Shown here piece by piece: positions 5,645 to 16,400 of a stretch of 31,826 nt of DNA. Location of the stretch: IMG/VR virus record IMGVR_UViG_3300033076_000865, positions 1-31,826 of that record, one strand, 5' to 3'. Under the pieces are notes generated by a model. It did no database searches, was not told the origin of the DNA, and was given only the letters and a program-made list of their open reading frames with translations. This stretch comes from a virus. Lineage: Duplodnaviria > Caudoviricetes. A program made the position numbers and the translations under genes. Each line of letters opens with the position of its first letter. The stretch's first letter is position 1.

Positions 5645-8374
5645 TCATTTCAAGGCCGTCCCGTCGGCCCGTTGATACGAAACCACCTTCCACACGACCG
5701 GGACCGACTGGTCGCTGCGGGCGACGCAGGCATCTCCGGCCGCGGTCAAGATGTTGGTGGCGGCATTCGGGAGGAAGAAGTTGGCCGAATGCACGAGCGT
5801 CTGTGCGCCCGTGAACTCAAGCCTGCGCTCGATGCCGCGCCGCGGCCCGAGGCCGACGATCGAGGCGCCGCCGCCCGTGATCGACACGGCCATCTTCGGT
5901 GACTGCCCGACGTCCACGATCACCCCGTAGGTGATGTCGAACGTGGCGAGCGCACCGCTGCCGTTCACGCTGGTCGGCGTCACCGGATTGGCGGGCGTCG
6001 CCGTGTACTTGCCGGCCCGGTAGATCGAGGCGGTTTTCGGCACCAGCAGCGCGTTCTTAAAGGTGGCGTTCCGGCTCACATAGCCCGTGATCGTGAAGCG
6101 CGAGGAAGTGCCGATGCCGGTGGTCTCGCGCTGGTCGAGGACCAGCGATGGCGACAGGGCGACGAACTCGCCGGCAAAGACCAGCGTGCAGGCGGTGATG
6201 CCGCCCAGCGAATCGACGGCGTCGACCTGGATGGTCGGCCACTGCGCCACGCCGGCGATGCGGACGGGCGTGCCGCTGGCCGCCGTGATGATGTCCCCCA
6301 CGGCATGCCGGCGGCCGACGCTCAGGATCGACACCGAGGTCAGGTAGACGTTCTTGCCGGATCCGGTCGTGCTGTACTGGCCGAAGGCGCTGGGCGCGGT
6401 CTGGTAGTCGCCCTTGTTGGTGAGCGCGAAGGTCAGGATGCGGCCGCTCCCGTCTACGGTGCTGACCGTCACTGCGGCGCGCGTGGTCGGGCTGCCGCCA
6501 TCCAGGGTGATAACGTCGCCTGGCGCGTGCAGTTCGCCGGGGCTGTCGATCTCGATGCTGGCGATCTCGAGGGACTCCACCCGGATCTGCGTGGCCCGGC
6601 CACCGGCCGCCAAGGTGCCGCCAGGAACCTCGAGCACCTCGCGGCCGCGGTAGCTGGTGACGACCGCGGCCGTGCTGTTGACGGTCGATGCCGTCGCCCC
6701 GGTCTGCGTCGTCATGCTGTAGGCAGGTCCGATGAGCGCGTCGGCCGGATTGGTGGTCGGTGAGGTGAAGAAATACTCGGCCTTGTTGACCGCCGTGCCC
6801 TGCCCGATCACCAGCGCCGGCCGGCTGTTCTGTCGGAACCGGGTGAACTCCCAGCCGCCATCGCGGCACCGCTCCTCGATGTCGTACTGGCCGGCACAGT
6901 AAAGGAGCACGTCGCCCTGGGTGCCGGGCGTGCCGGTCACCGCCACGTCATCGAACTTCTGATTGCCGATCAGCGTCAGGTTCTGCGCCGGCCCGGTCAC
7001 GTAGTTAAGGTGCGTGCCCCACCAGACCGGGTCGATGTGCCGGACGCCGGTGGCGGTCACCTCGTCGGTGTCGTCGATGTACATCCCGCGCCCGCAGTTT
7101 TCGCTGACGCAGTTGATCCAGCGGTGGTTCTGGCTCTTGTGGCTGCGGAACGCGATGCCGGCGCGCGCGACCCTAGCGTTCGAGACGTCGCTGTAGGGCC
7201 CGCGCAGCGTGATCGCCGTGTCGCGGTCGAACTCGTCGGTCTCCGGGTTGTCGTCCGTGTTCCAGGCCGTGTTGGTCGTCACGACGTCGATGTTGGTGAA
7301 CTTCAGGAACCCGGCCGCCTTGTGGCTGCCGATGACGCCGCCGCCGTAGCCGCGCGCGCGGACGCCGTCCACGACGCAGTGCAGAGAGGGCGTGTACTCG
7401 CCGCCGCCGAAGTCGATGCCGTGCGTGCCGCCCTCGGTGTAGAGGTTGCGGATCATGCAGAGGCCCGAGCCTGTGGCGGTCGAAAGCGAGCCCTGGCCCG
7501 AAACGGTCGCCTCGCCGATCAGGGTGTCGACGTCGAGGCCGATGCAGTTGCGCCAAGCGAAGGCGCGGCTGGTCGCGTGATAGGCCCGGATATCGTACAT
7601 CCTGGCGTTGATGCAGCCGGCGAGGACGATGGCCGAGCCCGCGCCGCCCTGGAACGAATTGGTCAGGTCGTAGGTGAACCGCAGGTTCTCGATCACGACG
7701 TTGCGGTTCGGGTTGTTCCAATACGCGACCTTGGCCCCGACCTCGAAATCCCATTCGGTGATGCCGCCGAGCTCGATGGTGGTCGCGTCGATGACGCGCT
7801 GCACCCGCACGAACGAGCCCCTGTAGAAGGAGATCGAGCCCAGCACCGCCGGGTTGAACGCCACCGCTCGATACGGGATCGGCTGCGTCGGGTCGGCGAT
7901 GTAGAGTTGCATGTCCTTGGCGAGCCGCTGCGTCGGCGTCTCCCCAGGGGCCGAGGTGGCGAGCGTCAGGGTCAACGACCCCGCCGAGGACGCCGCCGCA
8001 AGCGTGATGGGCGAATTGTCGGCAGTGACCCAGTTCACGCCGCTGGTGCCGCTGCCGATCGTGATGCCGGACTGGTTCAGCGGGTTGACGTAGATCAGGT
8101 TCGAATCTTCGTGCGCGCCCTCGATGCGCAGCCCGCTGGCATAGGGGACCTGGAAGGGCGTGCGGTAGACGAAGTTCCCCGGCGGGATGACGCCCTTGCG
8201 CTTCGTGGCGATGACCGCGTTGAGCAACGCCGACAACGCCGGCGAGTTGTTCGTCGCGGTCAGGTAGTTGGTGCTGCCGTCCGTATAGATGACGCCATCA
8301 GCCACCGCGCCGAAGTCCAGCAAAGACAGCGGCGAGTCGGCAGTCTGACGCCAGATGTACGGAGGTCGCAGCAT
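5645..8374 (-). CDS. Tailspike / receptor-binding depolymerase with pectin-lyase-like beta-helix
   Basis: LLDFGAVADG...IPPGNF start motif, repeated NVVIENLRF / F.NI.V beta-helix rungs, G..H..GD.IT repeats; about 909 aa from ATG 8374. Confidence 0.85.
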   Translation of the reverse strand: MLRPPYIWRQTADSPLSLLDFGAVADGVIYTDGSTNYLTATNNSPALSALLNAVIATKRKGVIPPGNFVYRTPFQVPYASGLRIEGAHEDSNLIYVNPLNQSGITIGSGTSGVNWVTADNSPITLAAASSAGSLTLTLATSAPGETPTQRLAKDMQLYIADPTQPIPYRAVAFNPAVLGSISFYRGSFVRVQRVIDATTIELGGITEWDFEVGAKVAYWNNPNRNVVIENLRFTYDLTNSFQGGAGSAIVLAGCINARMYDIRAYHATSRAFAWRNCIGLDVDTLIGEATVSGQGSLSTATGSGLCMIRNLYTEGGTHGIDFGGGEYTPSLHCVVDGVRARGYGGGVIGSHKAAGFLKFTNIDVVTTNTAWNTDDNPETDEFDRDTAITLRGPYSDVSNARVARAGIAFRSHKSQNHRWINCVSENCGRGMYIDDTDEVTATGVRHIDPVWWGTHLNYVTGPAQNLTLIGNQKFDDVAVTGTPGTQGDVLLYCAGQYDIEERCRDGGWEFTRFRQNSRPALVIGQGTAVNKAEYFFTSPTTNPADALIGPAYSMTTQTGATASTVNSTAAVVTSYRGREVLEVPGGTLAAGGRATQIRVESLEIASIEIDSPGELHAPGDVITLDGGSPTTRAAVTVSTVDGSGRILTFALTNKGDYQTAPSAFGQYSTTGSGKNVYLTSVSILSVGRRHAVGDIITAASGTPVRIAGVAQWPTIQVDAVDSLGGITACTLVFAGEFVALSPSLVLDQRETTGIGTSSRFTITGYVSRNATFKNALLVPKTASIYRAGKYTATPANPVTPTSVNGSGALATFDITYGVIVDVGQSPKMAVSITGGGASIVGLGPRRGIERRLEFTGAQTLVHSANFFLPNAATNILTAAGDACVARSDQSVPVVWKVVSYQRADGTALK

Positions 8375-8385
8375 CGAGGCGCCGC

Positions 8386-8682
8386 CTATTCCTCGGGCGG
8401 TTCCCAGGTCGACATGACCACGCCGTTCGGCCGCAGCGCGGCGAGCTCGGCGGGCTCCTCGACCTCGACGTTGTTCCACTGGTACGGCGGCCCGAACCAG
8501 GCTGCGTTCCACTGGCCGAAGCGGTCCTGCGCGATCTTCATCACGCCGCCGTCCTCAAACGGCGGGTCGGTGTAGACCCCGTTCTCCTCGTAGTTCGCCG
8601 CGTAGTAGGCGTTCGCCGCGTCGACATAGGCGACGGCTTCCGCCCGGTGAGCCTCTGCCCACCCGATCCGACGATTTGGCAT
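8386..8682 (-). CDS. Small acidic protein, possible tail-fibre accessory/chaperone
   Basis: 98 aa, TGATG-coupled to upstream gene, typical codon usage. Confidence 0.6.
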   Translation of the reverse strand: MPNRRIGWAEAHRAEAVAYVDAANAYYAANYEENGVYTDPPFEDGGVMKIAQDRFGQWNAAWFGPPYQWNNVEVEEPAELAALRPNGVVMSTWEPPEE

Positions 8683-9431
8683 CAGACAGCCCTCCTTCTG
8701 GCTCGCAGGAACGAACGAATGCCCCGCCAGTCGGCCTCGGGCAGGATGCGCGTGAAGCCGGCCAGCAGGTGGATGCCGAAGAAGCCGAAGCCGCCGGCGC
8801 TGGCCCCGGCGGTCGCGAACAGGCGGTATCGGGTCGCGCTACCCCAGGAAGCCGTCGAGGCCGTGGACGACGGCACGAGTTTCACGTCGTCGACCCAGAA
8901 TGTCGGCACGCCGCCGCTGGGGTGGCTGTAGCGGATGATGTGCTTGCCGCTCATGTCGGTGTTTCGGTGGATGTAGGTTGACGCCCCGCCGCCCGTGCCG
9001 ATGCTGCTGGAGAACTGGCTCTGGCCGTTCGTCATCGTGCGCCGCAGCGAGAAGCCGTTGCTGGCACTGTTCGGAAACTCAATGAGGGTCTTGGTGCCGC
9101 TGTCGGTGTTCGCGCTCAGGCAGTTGACCAGCCCGACGACGTCGATGTCGCCGCTGGTGGGCCAGCCGCTGATGGCGCCGGCGGTGTAGGCAAGATTGTC
9201 ATCGACCCCGTCACTGTTGATCCAGTTGCCGTCGCTGGTCGGCCGCGCCGACGACGTGCCTTGGGTCAGCGACGTGCCGCTGATGATGTCCGTTAGGCTT
9301 GATACTTGCGAGCCTACCAGCGTCACCTTGTCGGTGCGCCAGACGTCGAAGCACATGAAGCAGCCCGACACGTTGGCCGGGTTGACCGCAGGCCCGTCGC
9401 CCATCAGCAGTTGGCGGACGGCGGGGTTCAT
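8682..9431 (-). CDS. Virion protein with probable concanavalin/LamG-like beta-sandwich
   Basis: LTQGTSSARPT...DGVDDNL pattern seen in phage LamG-like proteins; S/T/G-rich beta sequence. Confidence 0.65.
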   Translation of the reverse strand: MNPAVRQLLMGDGPAVNPANVSGCFMCFDVWRTDKVTLVGSQVSSLTDIISGTSLTQGTSSARPTSDGNWINSDGVDDNLAYTAGAISGWPTSGDIDVVGLVNCLSANTDSGTKTLIEFPNSASNGFSLRRTMTNGQSQFSSSIGTGGGASTYIHRNTDMSGKHIIRYSHPSGGVPTFWVDDVKLVPSSTASTASWGSATRYRLFATAGASAGGFGFFGIHLLAGFTRILPEADWRGIRSFLRARRRAV

Positions 9432-10030
9432 CCGACCAGGACCGACTGCACGACCCCGGAGAACACGTCACCGCTGCCCGGCGTGAAGCCGGTCGCGGTG
9501 ATGAGGTAGGCAAACAGCGAGCCGCCGGACGGCACGTAGACCTGCTTGTTGATCGGGCTCGGGCTCTCCACAAACATGGTCGAGCCGAGGTCGACCGGAA
9601 CGCCGAGATCGAGGAAGCCGCGGCAGGACGCCCGATCGCCGGACGGGTAGGTCCAGTTGTCGTTGTCCAGCAGCGCCGACGGCGGCGTCACGGAGAACAG
9701 GGCCAGTTTGAAGCTGGTCATGCCCGAGGGCACCGACGCCACGTCGATCTCGAACCGGGTCGAGGTCAACAGGACATACCCGCCTCCGGGCGGCCCGATG
9801 TTGGTCAACTCAAAAGCGGCGGCGCCGGGCGACCCGCCGTTGTTAGGGCCGATCACGTCGTTGCCGTTGTAGGTTGTGGTGTCGGCCGTGCGCGTGATCG
9901 AGAAGGTGCTGATGAAGGCCGTCCCCCTGGTAATCAGCCGGCCCTGCGGATCGGCCTGAAGGATAGCTTTCTGGCCGGTCCCTACGGACGGGGGAGTCGA
10001 GTTGTATTCGCCAACGATCAGCGTCGACAT
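9428..10030 (-). CDS. Virion structural protein (beta-rich)
   Basis: GAAGGA SD; GEYNSTPPSV...LQADPQGRL and ITRTADTTTY..NDVIG motifs typical of phage appendage proteins. Confidence 0.7.
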   Translation of the reverse strand: MSTLIVGEYNSTPPSVGTGQKAILQADPQGRLITRGTAFISTFSITRTADTTTYNGNDVIGPNNGGSPGAAAFELTNIGPPGGGYVLLTSTRFEIDVASVPSGMTSFKLALFSVTPPSALLDNDNWTYPSGDRASCRGFLDLGVPVDLGSTMFVESPSPINKQVYVPSGGSLFAYLITATGFTPGSGDVFSGVVQSVLVG

Positions 10031-10057
10031 GGCGGCGTTCCTTCTCTGGGCGGTGCG

Positions 10058-10110
10058 GCGTCTCACGACGCTGCGGGTTGAACTATACTACATCTTGCAC
10101 TTTTTAGGAA
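10058..10110 (-). promoter_or_regulatory. Putative internal promoter plus GUGA-loop leader hairpin
   Basis: AT-rich island TTCCTA-17nt-TATAGT, followed by GCGTC-GTGA-GACGC and SD. Confidence 0.5.
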
Positions 10111-10448
10111 CCGAAGCCCCGATGGATGAGGATCAGGCCGGTCCCGACGTCGGTGATGGCCCCGACATGCGTGACCACCTCACCGGGGGGAAGGCTGATT
10201 ACCCATGGCGGCCCTGGGAAAATCGGGAGCCCCGACAGGGAGGGTTGCACGGTCGAGCCGCCGTAGACGACGTAGACCACGGCGTAGCCGGGGTTGGAGA
10301 AGATCAGGCTGGGCCCGCCGCCGACCAGAACGCCGGTGACGCCCGAGGCGGTCGGCGTCAGGCGCAGGCCGCGAAGCTGCACCTGGCTCTCGAACGGGTA
10401 CGGCGACGTCCAGTCCGACCGGGCGCCGTTCTGCGTGGTCGCGCTCAT
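10104..10448 (-). CDS. Small beta-rich virion protein
   Basis: 114 aa, ATGA-coupled to the giant gene. Confidence 0.65.
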   Translation of the reverse strand: MSATTQNGARSDWTSPYPFESQVQLRGLRLTPTASGVTGVLVGGGPSLIFSNPGYAVVYVVYGGSTVQPSLSGLPIFPGPPWVISLPPGEVVTHVGAITDVGTGLILIHRGFGS

Positions 10449-13400
10449 GGGGCCACCACCTGTTGGGCGATTCGGTTCTTGAGCGCCTGCAGTTGCATGA
10501 TCTTCACCCGCTTCTGTTCACCCGTCAGGTTCTGGTCGTCGGTGATGCGGCGGATCTGCTGGTTGATCTCGCCCTCAGTGCGAATGGCCTTGCTGTAGAG
10601 CGGGTACTTGGTCACCAGGTCGCGGTTGCTCTCCAGGTACTCCTTGGCCTCGGCCGTCCGGCCACGCTTGCCGAGGTCGATGAGCGTGGCATATGCCTCC
10701 TGGATGGCGTCGCCCTGCTGGTACAGCAGGTTCGTGTAGCGCGTGTTCGCGCGCTCCGAGGAACGATCGTTGGTCGCCATGCCGCCGGTCCATCGGGCCA
10801 GCCAGTCCTTGTCGGCTTTCACCGGCTCCTTGCTGACAGCGCGCACCGCCTCATCGGCGATCTGGAGGGCGGTCGTGCCCAGCCAACCGGAATAGGCTTG
10901 GACGAGGTAGTCCAGCTGCACCGGCGACAGCGACCGCGCGTTCTGGCCGAATAGAACGCGCGCCATCTTGTTGGTGGCCTCGCTCACCCCCTTGCTGATC
11001 AGCGTGGTCTCGGGGCCGGAACGGAACTCCGGCCGCAGCCGCTCCATGCCGGCCGTCTCGATCGGGGCGCCGGTGCGGGTCTCGTTGGCCCGCAGGTCCA
11101 GCACCGGCTTCACCGCCTGCGGGATCGGGTTCAACGACATCTGGGTGCCGAGGATCTGCATGGTGTTCTTCCACGCCCGCCCGGCGGTCACGTTCTTGTC
11201 GTACAGGGTCTCGACCCAGATGGCGGCCATGCGCGACAGGGCTGCGACTTCGAACCCCATCGGCACCCGAAACTCTCGACCGCCGACCTTGAACCAGAAG
11301 TTGCTGTTGCGGTCGTCCTCGGTGCGGGCCTGATAGTCGGGGTCGTCGGCGTAGAAGGCGTCGAGGGCGAGGTTGGCCGCCGTCATGCCAATCATCACCA
11401 CGGCGAGTTTCGTCGCGATCTGGATGCCGACCCGGCCGCCGACCGCAGCGTAGACGTTCTTGTCCGCGTCCGCCGCCGCCCGCCCGACCTTGTACAGGCC
11501 CTGCAGCCAGGCGTTCATGTAGGGCACGGTCTCCACCACATGCCGGATGATGGGCGAGGCGCCCGTCATCGTGAAGTCCGACAGGTCACGCGCCTCAAAG
11601 GCGGCCAGGTCGTGCGGCACGTTCTTCTCGCGCAACTGCTTGTATAGCGCCAGCCGGTTGACGTTCTCGGTGTTGGCCATGGCCTCCGAAAGGGCCTGCC
11701 CATTCCGGGCGAAATAACGCCAGAACTTCCTGATCTTGTCCGGCGTATCCAGATAGTTCTCGGCTCCGTGGAAGGACTGGTCGACGCCGGCCGCGAACCG
11801 CATGGTCGCACCACCGGCGATCGCGCGGGCGGTCTCGAGCCCGATCTCGGCCTGCTGGAGATCCTTGCCCCGCACCGCGCGCCCCACGTTCTCCAGCGTG
11901 TTGGTCAGATCCATCTGCCTGAACCCGTCGGACAGGTTCTTGAAGACGTTCATGCTGATGGGCGAGACGGCGATCACGGTCTCGGTGTCGCGGATCAGGT
12001 TGCGGACCTGGAACCAGGGGCTGGCGGCGACGCCAACTTGCAACACCTTCTTGGCCGTCCTGGCGATCTCCATGCCGGGCGTGCTGCTCTTGACGTAGTC
12101 GAGGGCCGCGACCGCCTTGAGCGTGAACGGGTCATCGACGCGCCAATATTGCTTCTCGCCGTCGACCATCGTCCAGACGACATCGGCTTTCTCGGCCTTG
12201 GTCAAACGGTGGTTGTAGTCCTGCTCGGTGACCTTGGTGACGATCCCGTCGGCCACGCCCTGTGTCAGGGTCTCGTTGGCCGCCTTGTTGCGGATCGAGG
12301 CGTCGATGAGGTGCGCCCAGTTCCCGAAGGCGTTCTCCCACAGGTTGGTGTTCAGGCGCTCGGTGCCGCCCTTGAGCTTCTTGCCGAAAGTCTGGCCGGT
12401 CATGCCGGGGACGGTGCCGCCGCCGGCGAACTTGCGCGAGTTGTCGTCCTCGGCCTGGCGGAAGAACGGGACGTAGTAAGGGTTGGCCCACAGCGCGTCG
12501 GCCACACCGCGCTTGATCAGGCCACCGCTGACAGCGATGTCGAGGGCATTCTTGTTGAAGGCGTCGAGGCGCGCCAAGGCGTCGGCGAAGGCGGCCTCGC
12601 GGTTGGTCGTGGTGCTGCCGTCGCGCAGCGTGTACTCGGCGTCGAGCCGCCCGCGGTTCAGGGTCTTGAGCGTCCTGATGTCCTCGGGAGAATAGAGGTT
12701 CTCCCGGTCCTCGGCTTTCAGGCGCTCGGCGCGATTGGCGGCGACCCAATCCATGAAGCGCATGGCATCCCGGCCGAGATCGCGGATCAGGCCGACCGGG
12801 CCGCCGTCGAAGCCGTCGGCATGGACCGAGGTGTCGATGTCGTAGCTTCGCCCGTTGAACGTCAGCCGGCCGTACTGGCTGAACATATCGACCGCGCCGG
12901 TCGAGGAGTTGGCGATGCGCAGGCCGACCCAGTTTTTGGGGTCGCGGTCTTTGACGCCCACGAAGGGGTCGAACACTTCGCGCAAAGCCTTCCGGCCGAA
13001 GTCCTGCCGGATCTCCGCAATGCGCTCCTCGAGCGCTCGGCCTTCGACGCCACGGACGCGCTCGGCGGCCTGGCGCTGCTCGTCGCTATAGCCGGCGGTG
13101 CCGATCAGGCGCGGCGAGAACAACGGGCCGCCCGTCACGGCAGAACGCGCCTGGGCGTCATCGAAAGTGACGTAGGTGGTTTGCTGCACCTCGGCGTCCC
13201 GTTCGCGTGCAGCATCGGGTATGTCGCGAGCGATCAGGCTGTCGTAGCCATTGGCCTTGGCCCAGCGCGCAAGGTCGTTGATCTCGATCTCGTCGCCCTT
13301 TCGGACGGTCACTTCCTGCCGGTAGCGAGACGACCAGTAGGTGATGTCCTCGGGCGCTTCCAGCGCGAACCACGACCGGCCGGTGACTTCCAGCGGGTTC

Positions 13401-16400
13401 TTGAGGGACAGGTAGGCCGGCTGCACGTTCTTGCCGCCGCGCGTCCGGCTGGCATAGGACGATGCCAAATCGCTGCTATCGCTGAAAAACTTCATGCCCT
13501 GCGGAGCGTCGGTCTTTGGGCCACCCCGGCCGCCGCCGCGGTACACGACCTGCGGGCTGCCGTCTTGGGTCGTGGCCTTGCTTCCGTTGAACCAGTCGGC
13601 GAAAGCCGGATCTTGAGGTGCGCGCGGCGAGAACAGCGCCTGCCCCTGCATGACCGATTCGCGCATGGCGTCGGTGATGGGGAGGGAGTGGACGGGGGCC
13701 GATTGCGATTCCTTCTGGCGCTTTATCCAATCGAGGGCTTCGTCCTCGCTGTCGAAATGCGGCCCGACCAGCTTGTCACCTTCCTGAACACGCCAAGCAT
13801 CTCCCACCAAATCAACATCGTATTGTGGGGCCGAGTCGATAGAGCCGGCCTCAACCTTCGCCCCAAACTTCTTCCCCAGCTTGTTGGCGATGATGGGCAA
13901 CTGCTTGTCGTAGAAGGCGCGCATGCCTTCGCCGCCGACTTTGAGGTCGTTCCCAACAACCTCAGCCGCGCCGTATCTGTTGCGGCTGGCAAAGAGTTTT
14001 TCGGCCACCTCTTTCCCAACGACGCCAGCGACCTCGGCCTCGTCCTTGGCAAAGTGTTCGATGACCTTCCGGCTGTCCTTGTCGAATGCCTCGACGCGGA
14101 ACTGACCGCTGGGGTCAGGCGACAAGGTGACCTTGCTGACAACCTTGCTCAGATCATACCGATCCGCGTTCGTCTCGCCCGTGTCCCACGACACCCGGTC
14201 ATAGCCGTTCTCGGCGGCGTAGCGGATCACCCGCTTCATGGCGAGTTCCGGCCAGGTGGTCTTGAAGGGGGCGTCTGGGACGCCCTCGGTTTTTTCCCTG
14301 TTGCGGTCGTGAAGCACGTTCATCTGATCAACGATTTCGTCCATGCGCCGACGCAGCCGCCTGTCTTCTGCCGGATCGGCAATGCCTTCATCCAAAGCGC
14401 GCTCGCCGGCCCGGTATTCGTCTCCCAATTCGCCCAAACGACGCGCAATCTCTTTGCTTTCTGCGTCACCGGCATATCCCTTCTTCCGCCCCGCCTGATG
14501 CCAGTCCGACTGCACCTCCGCGACATGCAGGATGCGCTCGCCATTGGGGCCGGTGCGGTCATCGAAACGGACGTGGGCGAGGACGTTGGGCTCGTCCCAG
14601 TGGCTGCCGCGGTAGTCGACCCCATTGGTGACGGGAACACCGTTCTCGTCGTTGTAATGCTGATAGAACCGGGTCGCATTTTCTCGTGCTTCCGCTTCCG
14701 TGCGCCCGTTGATTTCTTCCATCAAGGGCACGCCATGGCGGTCATAGACGGTCCACGCCATTTCGCCATCGGGACCGGCGTCCGGGTCTCGCTTGAACCG
14801 AACCCCCTCCGGGAGCGGCGTGGCCGCCCCCTTTGCCGGCAACGTCAGCAACAGTTCCCGGTAGTTCTTCCCGCCGGGGAGGGTGTACTGCTGGTACTTG
14901 GTCGCGCCGCCGTTGATGGCGTCGTAGACCGGCTTCATCAACTTGTCCGGTGCGCCCATTGCCTCGAGCGAGGCGATGGCGTCGCGGTCACCGTTGCGCA
15001 GCGCCTGGAAGTCGATGTTGGTCGAGCCGGTGTTCTCCCACCCGCGCGGGCCGTCCTTCGGCTGGTCCTCGACCCAGCGTTCCAAGGCGTCGACCGCCGC
15101 CGCCGGCACATCGCCGCCCCGCATCACCTCCCGCACCTGGATCTCGTTCGCCCGCAGGTAGGCGACCACCTCCTCCTTGGTGACCGACTTCGGCTGCTTC
15201 CGCAGCCAGTCGTCCAGGCCGACCCATTCCCGCTCCTCGGGCTTCACGCCCGGCATGTTGCGGATGGTGGCCTCCCACTGGCCGGGGGTGCCCTTGGTGA
15301 TCTTGGCGTTCTCGACGGCGCGCGTCAGGGCGGAATAGAACGGCGGGGCCGGGATGCGGTCGTCCTGGCGGGGGGAGAACAGCGAGCCCTGACGCGGCTT
15401 CGGCGCGGCGGGCTCCTCCTCCCCGAACATGTCCTGCTGACGGGGGCCACCGAACAGCGGCAGATCGCCGGCACCTTCCTGCGGCCTGCGGGCGACCTGC
15501 CGGCCGCGCATCTTGGCCTCGGCCACTTCCTTGTCGACGCGGCGCTGGCGGGCGTCCAGTTCCTCGCGGCTGGCCTCAGGCGCGTCGAGAAGTGGGCGAT
15601 CGGTCTGGCGCGGAGAGAAGACCGCGCCGCCGGTTACCTCGAGCCGCCCGGTACGGCGGGCTTCCTCGACGGGAGCGGAGACGCCTTGGGCGTCGCGGTC
15701 GTCGGCAGCAAGCCTTGCGCCCTCAACCGGGCGGCCGTCTTCAGCGCCGCCGCCTCGATCTGCGCGTCCGTCATCTGCCGCGGGTTCACCGGGTCCGGGT
15801 CGCTGATCCAGGGAGCGTATTGCTCGTTCGATGTCGACATCCGGCACCCCCTTCTTGGCGGCCAGTTCGCGAAGCGCCTCGGAATAGCTGACGTTGATGG
15901 CGTCGCTGTCCGGGCCGCCAAGCTTGGCGTAAAGATCCTTCTCAGGATACCACCAGACGGCCTGCAGGTCAGCATTCGAAAGGCGGATGCCGTCGAACGC
16001 CAGCAGCCGACGAGCACGGTTCACGACCGCTCGCATCCACTCCCGCTGGCCGCCCGAGGTCGGGGTCTCGTTGATGCCGCGCAAGGCCGCCTGCAGCCGC
16101 TCGGCAGACTTCGTCAGGTCGGACTTGATCCGCTCGCCGCTGTCGTACTCCTTGCGGTACTTCCTGAAGTCGGATTCGTGCTGGGAGACGATCCGGTCTG
16201 CCATGGCTTCCAACGCCTGGATCGACTTGGGCGCCGGCTGCCCCGCCGCCTTCAACTCGGTTTCGAACCGCTCCCGCTGCTTGCTGATGTCGGTGAGGCC
16301 GACAAGCGTGCCGGTAAGGCGCCCCCACGCGCGCATGAACCAGAGGTCCATGGTCACAGGGTTGAAATTGCCGTTGAGGTTCTGGAAGAAACCTTGCCCG

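Noticed and set aside
8539-8550. Third copy of CATCACGCCGCC
   Set aside because: Internal to a CDS (G-G-V-M codons), lacks the TAG and any insert; it shows the 12-mer can arise by chance, which tempers the 15-mer junction claim.
7010-8575. 521-aa + ORF and similar long overlapping ORFs (19073-20248, 21904-23193, 23834-24985, 26877-28112, 29741-30862)
   Set aside because: Antisense or off-frame shadows of well-supported - strand genes in GC-rich DNA.
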